Assembly (NCBI GenBank): GCA_028699085.1
Contig: JAQVVF010000002.1
Span: forward strand, 3,074 to 67,073
Direction: 5' to 3'
From: Patescibacteria group bacterium
GTDB lineage: Bacteria > Patescibacteriota > JABMPQ01 > JAQVVF01
DNA length: 64,000 nt
In this document: positions 15,712-26,845 of the stretch, piece after piece
Numbering within the stretch: position 1 is the first letter of the stretch
How the letters are laid out: every line of letters starts with the position of its first letter
Made by a program: the position numbers and the translations under genes
Notes under the pieces: generated by a model
What the model was told of the DNA's origin: nothing
Databases searched by the model: none
What the model saw: the letters and a program-made list of their open reading frames with translations, nothing else

Positions 15712-17502
15712 CTATTTTTTTAGTACTTCTAGAAATGCTTCTTGTGGAATTCTGACTCTACCTAATTCTTTCATCTTTCTTTTTCCTTTTTTCTGCTTCT
15801 CTAATAATTTCTTCTTTCTTGTTACATCTCCGCCATATAATTTTGCAATGACATCTTTTCTCATTGCTTTAATATCTTCACGTGCAATTATTTTTCCGCC
15901 AATTGCTGCCTGCAACGAAACTTGAAAACTTTGTTGCGGAACAACATTTTTTAATTTTTTAACAATACTTTTTGCTTCTGTCATAACTCTTTCTTTTGGG
16001 ATAATGCGAGATAAGGCCAATACTAAATCATTAGCAACTAGAACATCAAGTCTTACTAGATCTTCAACTTTATAATCAGAAATTTCATAATTAACTGATG
16101 CATATCCGCTTGATACACTTTTTAATTTATCATAAAAATCAGTGATCACTTCAGCTAATGGTACATCATAATGCAAAATAGATCTCGTCTCATCCAAATA
16201 TTCTGTATTTTTGTATTGACCTCGATAGAATTGCATCAGCTCCATCAGTTTTCCAACATAAGTACTTGGCGAGATAACGTCCATTGAAACCCAAGGCTCA
16301 GCAATACTATCAACCAAGCTCAAATCTGGCAAATCAGCAGCACTAAATATTGTGATTTGTTTTTTTGATTTTAAATTTATTTTGTAGGCTACTGACGGGA
16401 CAGTAATTGTTAAAGTTAAACCAAACTCTCTTTTTAATCTTTCAGTAATAATTTCTAAATGCAATAATCCTAAAAAACCACAACGAAAACCTCGTCCTAA
16501 AGCTTTTGATGATTCAACTTCATAATCTAATGATGCATCATTTAATTTTAATTTTCCTAAAGCATCTTTCAGATTATCAAAGTCATCAGCATTCTCTGGA
16601 TAAAAAGACGCAAACACCATTGGCTTTACTTCTTTATATCCAGGCAATGGCTCTGTAATATTCGGACTTGCCATTGTATCACCAACACGACATTCTGAAA
16701 CTTCTTTCAATCCAGCAACAACGTAACCTACTTCCCCAGCTGTTATTTTATCAATTTCAACCTGCTTTGGTTTAAAAACACCAACTTCCAAAACTTCCGA
16801 TTCTTTTTCTGTCGACATCATCTTAATAGTGTCTCCAATCTTTATTGATCCACTAAAAATTCTAATGTAAGCAATTGCACCTTTATATTCGCTGAATACA
16901 GAATCAAAAATCAATGCCTTTAATTCATTATCATCTTCTTTTTTTGGAGCAGGAATCTTTTCAACAATCTTTTCTAAAACTTGAGCCACGCCTTCGCCAG
17001 TCTTTGCCGATATCTTCATAATTTCATTTTCTTTGCAACCCAATAGCTGTACGATTTCTCGACAAACTTTTTCTACATTTGCGTTTGGTAAATCTATCTT
17101 ATTAATAATTGGAACAATTTCTAAATCATGTTCTAACGCTAGATAAAGATTAGCAATTGTCTGCGCTTGTACGCCTTTTGTCGCATCAACCAAAAGCAAA
17201 GCTCCTTCACATGCAGCAATACTTCTTGACACTTCATAAGTAAAATCAACATGACCTGGAGTATCAATCAAATTCAAAACATAATCCTTACCATTCGAAT
17301 TATAATTTAACCTAACAGGCTGAAGCTTAATTGTAATTCCTCTTTCTTTTTCCAGATCCATTTGATCTAAAAGTTGTGCCTGCATTTTCCTTTTTTCAAC
17401 AGTATTTGTCAATTCCAAAAGACGATCAGCCAAAGTTGATTTTCCATGATCAATATGCGCAATAATACAAAAATTTCGGATACTCTTGATATCTTTTACC
17501 AT
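15712..17502 (-). CDS. lepA: Elongation factor 4
   Basis: IAHIDHGKSTLADR, DTPGHVDF, GFLGLLH, LYGGDVTRKKKLL. Confidence 0.98.
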   Translation of the reverse strand: MVKDIKSIRNFCIIAHIDHGKSTLADRLLELTNTVEKRKMQAQLLDQMDLEKERGITIKLQPVRLNYNSNGKDYVLNLIDTPGHVDFTYEVSRSIAACEGALLLVDATKGVQAQTIANLYLALEHDLEIVPIINKIDLPNANVEKVCREIVQLLGCKENEIMKISAKTGEGVAQVLEKIVEKIPAPKKEDDNELKALIFDSVFSEYKGAIAYIRIFSGSIKIGDTIKMMSTEKESEVLEVGVFKPKQVEIDKITAGEVGYVVAGLKEVSECRVGDTMASPNITEPLPGYKEVKPMVFASFYPENADDFDNLKDALGKLKLNDASLDYEVESSKALGRGFRCGFLGLLHLEIITERLKREFGLTLTITVPSVAYKINLKSKKQITIFSAADLPDLSLVDSIAEPWVSMDVISPSTYVGKLMELMQFYRGQYKNTEYLDETRSILHYDVPLAEVITDFYDKLKSVSSGYASVNYEISDYKVEDLVRLDVLVANDLVLALSRIIPKERVMTEAKSIVKKLKNVVPQQSFQVSLQAAIGGKIIAREDIKAMRKDVIAKLYGGDVTRKKKLLEKQKKGKRKMKELGRVRIPQEAFLEVLKK

Positions 17503-17584
17503 ATTCTAGATTTTAACTCATTATCAACAAAATTTCAATCCAAAATGCAAGAGACAGAACAATGTCCTGCCTCTAAATAACTAA

Positions 17585-17977
17585 CTATATATTCTTTATA
17601 ATCTCCTTCACATTTGGCGCACAATCTTCTGGCAAATTATCAACTTCAATCCATTTCCATTCTTTAATATCTTTACCAATTCTTATCTCGCCAATTCTTT
17701 TTGCCAAAAAATGAACCAAAACGACAAATGAATCTTCTTCATTTGGTTTCGGTATCATCATCGTTTTTAAGGATTTTATGATTTCCACATCGATTCCCAT
17801 TTCTTCTTTGACTTCTCTTTTCGCTACTTCTTCCAAAGAATTATTCCAATCCTTAAAATCAAAATTTTCTACTTTGCCACCAGGAAATTTCCAAAAATTA
17901 TCATCGCCATGTTTATTCAAAAGCACTTTATTATCTTCAATGATAATTGGACCAGATGCAATAATTATTTTTGGCAT
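17585..17977 (-). CDS. NUDIX hydrolase
   Basis: FPGGKVE...REVKEEMG Nudix box. Confidence 0.9.
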   Translation of the reverse strand: MPKIIIASGPIIIEDNKVLLNKHGDDNFWKFPGGKVENFDFKDWNNSLEEVAKREVKEEMGIDVEIIKSLKTMMIPKPNEEDSFVVLVHFLAKRIGEIRIGKDIKEWKWIEVDNLPEDCAPNVKEIIKNI

Positions 17978-18081
17978 AATTTTTAAGAATTATATTAAAT
18001 TATAACAAATAATAATATTAAATAAAATTAAAAAATAAAAGCGAGAATTTTTCATCTCGCTTTTTGATATTTCAGTTATTT

Positions 18082-19647
18082 CTATTTCATTCCTATTGCA
18101 AAATAATTAGTCTTTTTTGGAAAATGAGTAAAATATTTTACAATCATTTTCTTGTTTTTCTTAACTAATTTTGCATCTGTAAAAACTTCAGTCAAATTTT
18201 TCCAAGAAGTCTTTTTATTTTTATACTTCAAAGTCAAATTTGATTTCGAAGCTAATGAATTTTTCTTTTTTAATTTATTCAAAAGTTTTTTTGTATATTT
18301 AAATGTAACTTTTACTTTAAATTTTTGCGATGACTTTTTAGCTTTGTATTTATTTAAATTTGTTGTTAATTTCCAATATCTCTTTAATGCAGTCTTTTTA
18401 GAAGTTTTCCATTTCTTTGGATAAGCATCATATTTATTCCATTTCATCCAATAAGCATTATTTTTAGTCAACTTATTTGGCAAATTCTTGAAAAAAATAT
18501 TCAAGCTTTGGCCAGAAATTGCATATTCGTCCAAAACTGATCTCAAAGTCACTTCATCTCCATTTACTAAATTTTCCTCTTCGATTAATCTCCATTCTTC
18601 TGTTGTGTAATCACGTTTCCAGACTTTCGCAGTACCATTCACATAACCACCTGCATATAAACCATCAAAACCAAAAGATAATGCATTAGCTCCCGTATAT
18701 AAACTTGGAGATGATTCAAGAACAGTCTGACTCCAAGAGCTATTGACAAACGACCAAACAACTGCTCTCGTCTCAGAATTTACTTCGTCGTATCCAACAA
18801 CATATAAATTATCTTTTAGAGCAATCATCCGACCAGCATAATTTACTGAAGTACTAGAAGTTAAAGAATCTAGCCAATTTCCATTTTCATATTTCCAAAC
18901 CAAAATATTACTGTTGCCATAGCCACTACCATAAATAGTTCCATCACTAGTCTGAGCTAAAGAATTAATTTCTGAGCCACTCAAATTATAAGTCATATTA
19001 GACCAAGTATTATTAGAATATTTCCAAATTCTTGCATTATAATCAGCTCCATCATAATAACTACCACCTGCATAAATACTACCATCATAACTTTGTAATA
19101 AACTGTTAACGTTATTTCCATTCAATCCTTCGATACTATTAGCTACATCAGACCACACTTCATTAGAATATTTCCAAACTCTTGCATGAAAATTATTGTA
19201 TTGACCACCAGCATAAATAGAGCCATCAGAAGCTAAAAGCAAATCATTAACGCTGCTTCCTTCTAAAACGCCAGTAACATCCAACCAAGATGCTCCCAAA
19301 CATTTCCAAACTCTTGCATAACTTATCATCCCCTCATAATATGTACCCCCTGCATAAATATTACCATCAGAACTCTGAACAAAGCTTAAAACATAAGAAC
19401 CATTTAAACCTGCACTAATATCCTGCCAGACTCCTCCAGCATATTTCCATATTCTTGCATAACTATTTCCGTCATACCCGCCTCCGGCATATACTGATCC
19501 ATCAGAAGCCGTAAAAAGAGCGCCAATTTCACTACCATCGATTGTACCCGTAATGTCTGTCCAGGCCAATGTTGCTTTTGAAAAACCAAAACAACAAAGG
19601 ACTAAACTCACGCAAAGCGCAAATCCAAATAGTACTTTTTTTCGCAT
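18082..19647 (-). CDS. Secreted beta-propeller protein + Lys-rich C-terminal domain (paralog 2, no Fn3-like domain)
   Basis: Repeats SDGSIYAGG..ARVWKY..W.D; C-terminus LPNKLTKNNAYWMKWNK...YFAIGMK shared with the other paralogs; start probably 19647. Confidence 0.8.
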   Translation of the reverse strand: MRKKVLFGFALCVSLVLCCFGFSKATLAWTDITGTIDGSEIGALFTASDGSVYAGGGYDGNSYARIWKYAGGVWQDISAGLNGSYVLSFVQSSDGNIYAGGTYYEGMISYARVWKCLGASWLDVTGVLEGSSVNDLLLASDGSIYAGGQYNNFHARVWKYSNEVWSDVANSIEGLNGNNVNSLLQSYDGSIYAGGSYYDGADYNARIWKYSNNTWSNMTYNLSGSEINSLAQTSDGTIYGSGYGNSNILVWKYENGNWLDSLTSSTSVNYAGRMIALKDNLYVVGYDEVNSETRAVVWSFVNSSWSQTVLESSPSLYTGANALSFGFDGLYAGGYVNGTAKVWKRDYTTEEWRLIEEENLVNGDEVTLRSVLDEYAISGQSLNIFFKNLPNKLTKNNAYWMKWNKYDAYPKKWKTSKKTALKRYWKLTTNLNKYKAKKSSQKFKVKVTFKYTKKLLNKLKKKNSLASKSNLTLKYKNKKTSWKNLTEVFTDAKLVKKNKKMIVKYFTHFPKKTNYFAIGMK

Positions 19648-19756
19648 TTTTGTTTTTCCTCGTCCGCCATAGTTCACTACCTTCGCAAAAGCGTGGAACA
19701 AAAGCGGATGTTTATTTATTAAATTATAATAATCTAAGATTTCGTACTCCTTTAAT

Positions 19757-21298
19757 CTACTTATCCTTAGCCATTCCCAACTCTTTAAACTTAAATACCC
19801 ATGCTAGCAGAACAAACACTCCTGCACCTACAACAAATGCACTTCCTGCTTGCAATAATATTCCTAAATAAGTCTGCATATCAACAAGATTTGCCATAAC
19901 AAATAATATACAATAACAGACAACACCTGCGATCACAGTAATGACCGAAGTTTTTAAAATACTTTTCGTAATTTCAGAATCTCCTAAATCTCCCAGCCTA
20001 TATCTCAATACAATAAATAATAACAACATATTTATTAAAGCAGCCAAAGAAAAAGCCAGAGCTAATCCTAATACCCCAAAATATTTTGACAATATTAATC
20101 CGCCCGCAATATTTGCTATCATTGACACAATACTAATAAACACTGGAGTTTTCGCATCTTGCATTGAATAAAAAGATCTTACCAGCAACGGAATCAGTGC
20201 CTGAGCAAATAGACTTAAAGTAAATAATCCTAATGATTGGGCAGTCAAATAAGTATCTTCCCAATCAAATTTCCCAGAACCCAAAACCAATCTTACAATT
20301 TGCGCACGTAGTAATAACATGAAGACAGAAATAGGAATTACAAAAAACATTATTTTTGAAAAAGCAAAAGAAAAAGTATCTTTAAATAATGCTGATTTTC
20401 TTAATGACACAGCTTCTGCTAACTTTGGAAAAGAAGAGAGAGCAATTGAAATTCCAAAAACTCCTACTGGAAAATATTGCAAGTTGCTTGCAAAATTAAA
20501 AATTGTGATACTGCCAACTGATATTAAAGATGCAATAACTGTTATCACCCATAAATTTATTTGCGTCATTGCCAAACCCATAATTGATGGAATCATTAAA
20601 TTAACCACTTTCTGAACACCTTTATGCGCATAATCAAAAACAAATTTATACCGATAACCTAATTTATAAACACTAGGCAATTGGACTACAAAATGCAAAA
20701 AAGCGCCAATTACAACTCCATAAGCTATTCCCATTATTCCATATGGCTCTACCAAAAAAGCAGCTCCAAAGATAATACCTAAATTATACATTATTGGAGC
20801 CAATGCATAAAAAAAGAATCTTTTATATGAAGTCAAAATCGCACCAGCGATATTTGAAAATCCAAAAAATATCGGCGACAACAACATTATCCTAGTTAAT
20901 TGAGCAGTCAAATCTTTTTCCGTTTCGCTAAATCCAGGAGCAATCAAAAACATCAGATTAGGAGCAAATACAAAAATTACTGCACAAATTATTATTGTAA
21001 TTCCTAGAATTATGTTCAGTAAAGAATTAGTCAAATGCCAAGCTTCTTTTTGTTTTTTTTGAGATAAATAATCAACAAAAATCGGAATAAAAGCAGAAGA
21101 TAATGCTCCTAAAATCAATAAATTAAAAATAAAATCCGGAATTCTAAAAGCAGCATAATATGCATCCAAATCTCTACCAGCGCCAAACTGTTCTGCAAAT
21201 AATCTATCTCTTACCAAACCCAAAAAGCGTGAAATAAATGAAGATATTCCCAAAATTAATGCACCTGATAAAAAATATTTTTTATACTTTTCAAACAT
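19757..21298 (-). CDS. murJ: Lipid II flippase
   Basis: SRFLGLVRD, AAFRIPD, GALSSAFIP, multi-pass membrane protein. Confidence 0.95.
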   Translation of the reverse strand: MFEKYKKYFLSGALILGISSFISRFLGLVRDRLFAEQFGAGRDLDAYYAAFRIPDFIFNLLILGALSSAFIPIFVDYLSQKKQKEAWHLTNSLLNIILGITIIICAVIFVFAPNLMFLIAPGFSETEKDLTAQLTRIMLLSPIFFGFSNIAGAILTSYKRFFFYALAPIMYNLGIIFGAAFLVEPYGIMGIAYGVVIGAFLHFVVQLPSVYKLGYRYKFVFDYAHKGVQKVVNLMIPSIMGLAMTQINLWVITVIASLISVGSITIFNFASNLQYFPVGVFGISIALSSFPKLAEAVSLRKSALFKDTFSFAFSKIMFFVIPISVFMLLLRAQIVRLVLGSGKFDWEDTYLTAQSLGLFTLSLFAQALIPLLVRSFYSMQDAKTPVFISIVSMIANIAGGLILSKYFGVLGLALAFSLAALINMLLLFIVLRYRLGDLGDSEITKSILKTSVITVIAGVVCYCILFVMANLVDMQTYLGILLQAGSAFVVGAGVFVLLAWVFKFKELGMAKDK

Positions 21299-21308
21299 AA
21301 AGTTTAGA

Positions 21309-21447
21309 AAATCCTAAATACTAAATTCTAAATCCTAAACAAATTTAAAATTAAAATTACCAAATATAAAACATCGACATCGTTTTTTAAAATTTGAATT
21401 TTAATCGTTTGGATTTATTTAGAATTTTGTACTTAGAATTTAGAATT
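21309..21447. repeat. Heptad-periodic inverted-repeat element
   Basis: aatccta-aatacta-aattcta-aatccta left arm; tttagaa-ttttgta-cttagaa-tttagaa right arm; near copy at 59008-59138. Confidence 0.8.
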
Positions 21448-24333
21448 TTATTTAACGAATACCACTGCATATGCCTTATCCTTATTTAAATTCGTTCGAT
21501 ATTGCAATCCTTCCGAAACTTCAGTCAATAAATTATCCGAAGAATATTTCCAATTCACATAATAATTTCTGGGATATTTTAGAATACTTGTTGTGTCAAA
21601 TGCTTTTGTACCTGGTTGCTTCTGAAAAAACATGCCATAAGAAGTTGCTACGTCTTGACCAGAATTTTTAACTTTGAATGGCAATTTATATTTTATAACC
21701 ATTGTTTTTGCCTGACCACATTCAACACCAATCCAATTTCCAAAAACTGTTTTACCTCCCTCTTCCATAATTCTGATTCCATTCTCATTATTCACTTTCA
21801 TATTGCTCTCAATGTTTGAAATCATAGGATCAGGATCAGAACCTTCTTCCAAAGGTCGAAGAACTCCCCAAAATTCCTTATCAAAACCTTTTGCTTCCAT
21901 CAACTCGCTTCCTAAAGGCACATAAAATCTCATATATGCCATATTTTTAACGCCTGTCCACATGCTATCTGGATCTCCATTATGAATTCTCGTAACCGTA
22001 ATTGTATCAATAACAGTACCATCTTCCATGATTTCAGCTTCATGTAAAATCTTTTGATTAACAACATTATCTGTTTTTCCACCACCGATATTAGTTATTA
22101 CAGTTGATAAATAATCTTTGCTCGGATTTTTTATTTCGCCAGTCCAATTAAACTCTTTTACAAAATTTTCTAATCTTTCATCAACAAAATACATCATTAT
22201 ATCCTTCTGATCAAGCATCTTGTACATCACATTTGCTGTTTCTAACCATTTAGCTTTATCTAAATTTGCCAATCTGTCAACAAATACTGGAAATAAATCA
22301 GCCAAAAATTTCTTTGGTTCATTCAGTTCTTTATCATAATCAATTTCTACTTCATACTGGGTTTTTTCAAAAAAATTGTCAGCATTAACAGTTGTATCAT
22401 ATTCAGGCATTTCAATATCTCCAGTAACTCCTAATAATGCCTCCATTACATTGCCAGTAACTGTAAAAACGCCATCAACAGTCGGCCCACCAGACTTTTC
22501 ATACATTGACATTACCTTTTTTGCTGACATTGGAAAATCTAAGAACCAGTTTGCATCTCTTAAAAATAATTTAACTTGAATCAACCGCAAAGGTTCTGGA
22601 GCAATTATTTTTTCCATTAAATTTCCATCCAAATTATATGGACCTTCTATTTTAATATTTTTTATTCTGCCAGAATCAATATCAACTAAAGCATAAGTTC
22701 CCATAAAACCGCCAGTTGGTCGAAGCTCTCTATTATTTTCAAATAATACCAAATATCTTTTTGCGCCTTTGTGTCCAAGCATTTGCAAAAAATAATCAGA
22801 ATAGGAAACTAAAGTTTTCAAATCTGAACTTATTTTAGGCAAATTATCCTTTATTGTCGCAATTTTTGGCGCAACATCAGCTGGCAAATCAGATATTTTT
22901 ACATTTTTTAAGTCAGAATTAGCTGCGTCTAATTTAGAAACTGCCAAATTTAAATTATTAGTTCCCTCAGACAACAATTCAGTTAATGATGATTTTTGAT
23001 CGTTATTTTCACTACCAGGCAGACTAATAAAACTGCCTAGATCATTAAACGGCGTTACTGCTAAAGTCATATATTCACCAGCTTTAGACAAATTCGCACC
23101 AGCTGAAAGTAAATTATCACCTGATCGAACTGCTGATGCACCGGGCATAATTTTTAACATTGATGTTATTACCTCTCCGTATTGATTCAAATCTTTCTGA
23201 GCATTCAAGAATCTATCGCCAGCCACACCAAATTTATATGATGCCATTTCAAAATCAGTACTTGTTGCCGAATTAGTTGCTGATCCCATATATTGATATG
23301 CAACTAATGCATCACTAAGTATTTTTGATTTTGTATCTTTAGCTTGTGTATTAAAAAAATCTAGACCTTTAATTCCTGAAAATAAAACAATGCCAACAAA
23401 GACAAAACCAATCAAAGAAAAACCAAATCCTTTATTAAATCTATTTTTAAATACTAACAAATAATCAACTTTTGGTTTCAATTGCTGTCGCTGTCTTTCT
23501 TGTTGCGTTTCAATTAATTTTCTTTCTTCAATTTCTTGTTGTTCTAATTGCTTTCTTAATTCCATTTCTTGTTTTTCAACTCTTTTCTTAATTCTTAGCT
23601 CCTCTTTTCTTGCTTTTAATTCTAATTCTAATCTTTGCTTTTCTAATATTTTCTTTTCTCTCAGACTTTTTTCCTCTGCTTCTCTTTTCAATTTTAATTG
23701 CTGTTTTTGCCAAAGAATTTTGTCTCGTAATGCTTTCTTATCTGCTTGTTTCTTCTGTTTCTCCTCTTGTTTTGCCAATAACCATTTCTTTTTCTGTTCT
23801 CTTTTCTCTAGCTCTTTTTGTAACTTTAAATTTTGTTGTTCTAATAATCTCGCCTTTCTTACTTCTTGCTCTTCCTGTTTTTTTTCAAATTCTAATCTTT
23901 TAATTTCAGCTATTCTTTGATTTCTCAATTTTTTCTTTTCGACTTGTCTCTGCAGCCAACTTTTTGCAAAAGATATTTTTTTTATTTTTGGTTTTTCATT
24001 TTTAACTTGTAATGGTTTTTCTATCTGCTTAATCTGTTTTAAAATTGTTGGTTTAGACTGATCATAATGTTTAACCAAAATCTTCTCATCATCGGTTGAT
24101 TCTTGAATTACTGGTTTTTGACATTCTGATTGTTTAGCTTCCTGTGTATTCGAAACTGCATTTTTTCCAGCATCCTCTTTTAATGTTACTCGCAAATTTA
24201 TTAGGTCTCTCTCTATCCTTCTTTTTTCCTCTTCACGTTTTGCTTTTCCTATTTCACGCAAATCTAAAACATCCGGCCCATTATTAAAATCCGCCACATC
24301 TCCTATGATTCTAAATTTGTTTTTGTTTAACAT
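21448..24333 (-). CDS. DUF4012-type membrane-anchored protein with long charged coiled-coil N-terminus
   Basis: YLVLFENNRELRPTGGF, LRDANWFLDFP, FFQKQPG; K/E/Q/R-rich N-terminal region, then a TM segment. Confidence 0.8.
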   Translation of the reverse strand: MLNKNKFRIIGDVADFNNGPDVLDLREIGKAKREEEKRRIERDLINLRVTLKEDAGKNAVSNTQEAKQSECQKPVIQESTDDEKILVKHYDQSKPTILKQIKQIEKPLQVKNEKPKIKKISFAKSWLQRQVEKKKLRNQRIAEIKRLEFEKKQEEQEVRKARLLEQQNLKLQKELEKREQKKKWLLAKQEEKQKKQADKKALRDKILWQKQQLKLKREAEEKSLREKKILEKQRLELELKARKEELRIKKRVEKQEMELRKQLEQQEIEERKLIETQQERQRQQLKPKVDYLLVFKNRFNKGFGFSLIGFVFVGIVLFSGIKGLDFFNTQAKDTKSKILSDALVAYQYMGSATNSATSTDFEMASYKFGVAGDRFLNAQKDLNQYGEVITSMLKIMPGASAVRSGDNLLSAGANLSKAGEYMTLAVTPFNDLGSFISLPGSENNDQKSSLTELLSEGTNNLNLAVSKLDAANSDLKNVKISDLPADVAPKIATIKDNLPKISSDLKTLVSYSDYFLQMLGHKGAKRYLVLFENNRELRPTGGFMGTYALVDIDSGRIKNIKIEGPYNLDGNLMEKIIAPEPLRLIQVKLFLRDANWFLDFPMSAKKVMSMYEKSGGPTVDGVFTVTGNVMEALLGVTGDIEMPEYDTTVNADNFFEKTQYEVEIDYDKELNEPKKFLADLFPVFVDRLANLDKAKWLETANVMYKMLDQKDIMMYFVDERLENFVKEFNWTGEIKNPSKDYLSTVITNIGGGKTDNVVNQKILHEAEIMEDGTVIDTITVTRIHNGDPDSMWTGVKNMAYMRFYVPLGSELMEAKGFDKEFWGVLRPLEEGSDPDPMISNIESNMKVNNENGIRIMEEGGKTVFGNWIGVECGQAKTMVIKYKLPFKVKNSGQDVATSYGMFFQKQPGTKAFDTTSILKYPRNYYVNWKYSSDNLLTEVSEGLQYRTNLNKDKAYAVVFVK

Positions 24334-24461
24334 AACTCCAAAAATCTCTGCAAAAGCAAAGTTTCTGATATAACTATATTATAAAACAAAATAACATAAT
24401 AGTGAACAATAAAAAACCACTAAAAGTGGCTATTTTTATACTAGTTAATAACAACAAATAT

Positions 24462-25595
24462 CTATTCTAAAATTGATTGATACACATCTAATGTTTCTTT
24501 TGCACATCTTTCCCAGCTATATTTTTTTACCTGTACAAGTCCCAACTTTTTCATTTCTTCTTTTAAAACATTATCATTTAAAACCTTTAAAATAACGTTA
24601 GCAATATCATCATCGTTCTTAGGATCAAAATATTTTGCTGCTTCTCCCAAAATTTCCGGCAAACAAGAAGTTTTCGCAGTCACAACTGGCAAACCATAAC
24701 TCATTGCTTCAAGAGGAGGCAAGCCAAAACCTTCGATAAAAGATGGAAAAACATACAACGATGCATTTTGATACAATCCAGCAAGCTCGCTATCTTTTGC
24801 AAAACCAAAAAAGACAACCTCACCAGAATCAAGTAATCCTAATTCTCTGGCCAAACTCTGCAGTCTCTGATAAAAATAATCTTTCTTTCCAACCAAAACC
24901 AATTGATAATCAAAATTATTTTTTCGTAATTTTTTAAAAACTTTCAATAATCTCTCTAAGTTTTTATGTGGATAAGCATTGCCAACATAAAGCAAATATG
25001 GTTTTTCTATTTTATGCAATTTCAAAAAATCTTTATTTGTCGATTCTATTTCTGGATTATTTTTTTCACAAGACTCATATGTTACAACGATTTTTTCATC
25101 ATCTAAATTAAAATGTTCGATCAACCTTTTTTTGGTATATTTTGAAACTGTTATTACTTTTTTGCACTTTCTGACAGCAGAACTAATCACTTTTTTATAA
25201 GCCATATTCTTCAAGGCATATTTTATCGGACCTAAAGTTGTCGCTCTCTTGGTAGGAAAATCAAGTAAAATTAAATCGTGAACAGTCACAACAAAATTGC
25301 CTTTATATAATAGCGGAACATTAAAATGAGGAAAATGCACTAGATCAAAATTACCTTTTTTCAAAACTTTCGGCATATTTATTTGTTCGTTCAACGTATA
25401 CCATTTAAAATCAGCTAATGCCTTTTTAAAATTCTTATTTTCTACTTTATAATAATCAAAATTTTCCTTGCGCAAAAAAATAGTATAATCATTCTTTTGA
25501 TCAACTTTTTCTAAATATTTTATTAACTTTTCTGTATATCTTCCAAGTCCTTTGCCAAATGGACCAAAGAAACGAGCATCAATTGCAATTCTCAT
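24462..25595 (-). CDS. Glycosyltransferase family 4
   Basis: MRIAIDAR, PHKNL, FPSFIEGFGLPPLEAM. Confidence 0.92.
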   Translation of the reverse strand: MRIAIDARFFGPFGKGLGRYTEKLIKYLEKVDQKNDYTIFLRKENFDYYKVENKNFKKALADFKWYTLNEQINMPKVLKKGNFDLVHFPHFNVPLLYKGNFVVTVHDLILLDFPTKRATTLGPIKYALKNMAYKKVISSAVRKCKKVITVSKYTKKRLIEHFNLDDEKIVVTYESCEKNNPEIESTNKDFLKLHKIEKPYLLYVGNAYPHKNLERLLKVFKKLRKNNFDYQLVLVGKKDYFYQRLQSLARELGLLDSGEVVFFGFAKDSELAGLYQNASLYVFPSFIEGFGLPPLEAMSYGLPVVTAKTSCLPEILGEAAKYFDPKNDDDIANVILKVLNDNVLKEEMKKLGLVQVKKYSWERCAKETLDVYQSILE

Positions 25596-25624
25596 AAAAT
25601 ATTAAATAATTTTAAAATCAAAAA

Positions 25625-26845
25625 CTATCTGCCCCAAATTGCATCTAAAAGTTTAATTCTTGTAACCATAAATCCAGGAATTAATCCACTCAAGATTCCA
25701 ACCAAAATTACAGCCTCACCCCTTATAATCAGGTTAAAATAATCTACTGCTAAAACCACATCTCCAATTGGCAACTCAAATGGCCTATGTTGAAAATATG
25801 GCACTAAAAATAAATAAAATATTCCAGCTCCAACAATTACTCCTAAAAATGAATAAACAATTGTCTGCAAAACATAATTAGTTCTAATGATATATGGCTT
25901 TATCCCAATTGCTCTCAAAATACCAATTTCTTGTTTTTTATTTGAAATGTCAACATAAACAACAATAAAAATAGTTACAGCAGCAATAATAATCCCAACG
26001 ACTGTCATCAAAACATTTATCGACAAAAAACTTTTTGCAACTGTCGTCATTAATCCTGCAACTTCGTCCCAGGTATAAAAATTTGCATCAATATTCTCCC
26101 CTTTTAGTTCATTAATCACTTTTTTCTCACTGGCATTTTTACTTGTTTTTAATATTATATTATTCGTCTTATCTTTAAATAAAGCATTCAACTCTTCAAC
26201 AGACTTTTTTGTTACAAAAGCTCTCTGGTCAGTATTAATAAATTTTGTATAGAAAATTCCTCTGATCGTATAATCCTTACTAATACTATCAAAAGCTAAA
26301 GTTACTTTATCTCCTACTTTTGCACCCTTAAAAGAAAAAGCATTCATTTCCACATCTTTTCCTCCTGCTATTTGACGACCAATAATAATTCCGTCATTGT
26401 CATCAGTAGATAAATAAGATCCTTCTATCATTTTCTCTGAAATATTCGTTACGCTTTTTTCTGTTTCAGGATCAATAGCTAATATTTGCCAATTTCCTTT
26501 TTTATTTTTATATTTCAAACTTGCAGGAATTATTAATTGACTACTTTTCCCTTCTATTTCAGAAACATTACTAATTTTAGACATAATACTGCTTGTATCA
26601 ACAAAAAATTCTTGACCCTCATTTGGAGCTAACATGATATTACCCGTATAAGTATTTATTATCTGATCATTAGAGCTTTTGATAATTCCATTAAAAAGAG
26701 AATTGACAAAAACAAGATTAACAAATGAAACGGACATTAAAAAAACAATTAAGAAAAATGTCCATTTATTACCATGGCGCAAAAATTTCCAAACTAGAAA
26801 AAATGGAATTCTAGATTCATACCGAAATTTATTTTTTATTTTCAT
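25625..26845 (-). CDS. ABC transporter permease (FtsX/LolE/MacB-like)
   Basis: TM, periplasmic domain, three TMs; EIGILRAIG. Confidence 0.85.
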   Translation of the reverse strand: MKIKNKFRYESRIPFFLVWKFLRHGNKWTFFLIVFLMSVSFVNLVFVNSLFNGIIKSSNDQIINTYTGNIMLAPNEGQEFFVDTSSIMSKISNVSEIEGKSSQLIIPASLKYKNKKGNWQILAIDPETEKSVTNISEKMIEGSYLSTDDNDGIIIGRQIAGGKDVEMNAFSFKGAKVGDKVTLAFDSISKDYTIRGIFYTKFINTDQRAFVTKKSVEELNALFKDKTNNIILKTSKNASEKKVINELKGENIDANFYTWDEVAGLMTTVAKSFLSINVLMTVVGIIIAAVTIFIVVYVDISNKKQEIGILRAIGIKPYIIRTNYVLQTIVYSFLGVIVGAGIFYLFLVPYFQHRPFELPIGDVVLAVDYFNLIIRGEAVILVGILSGLIPGFMVTRIKLLDAIWGR

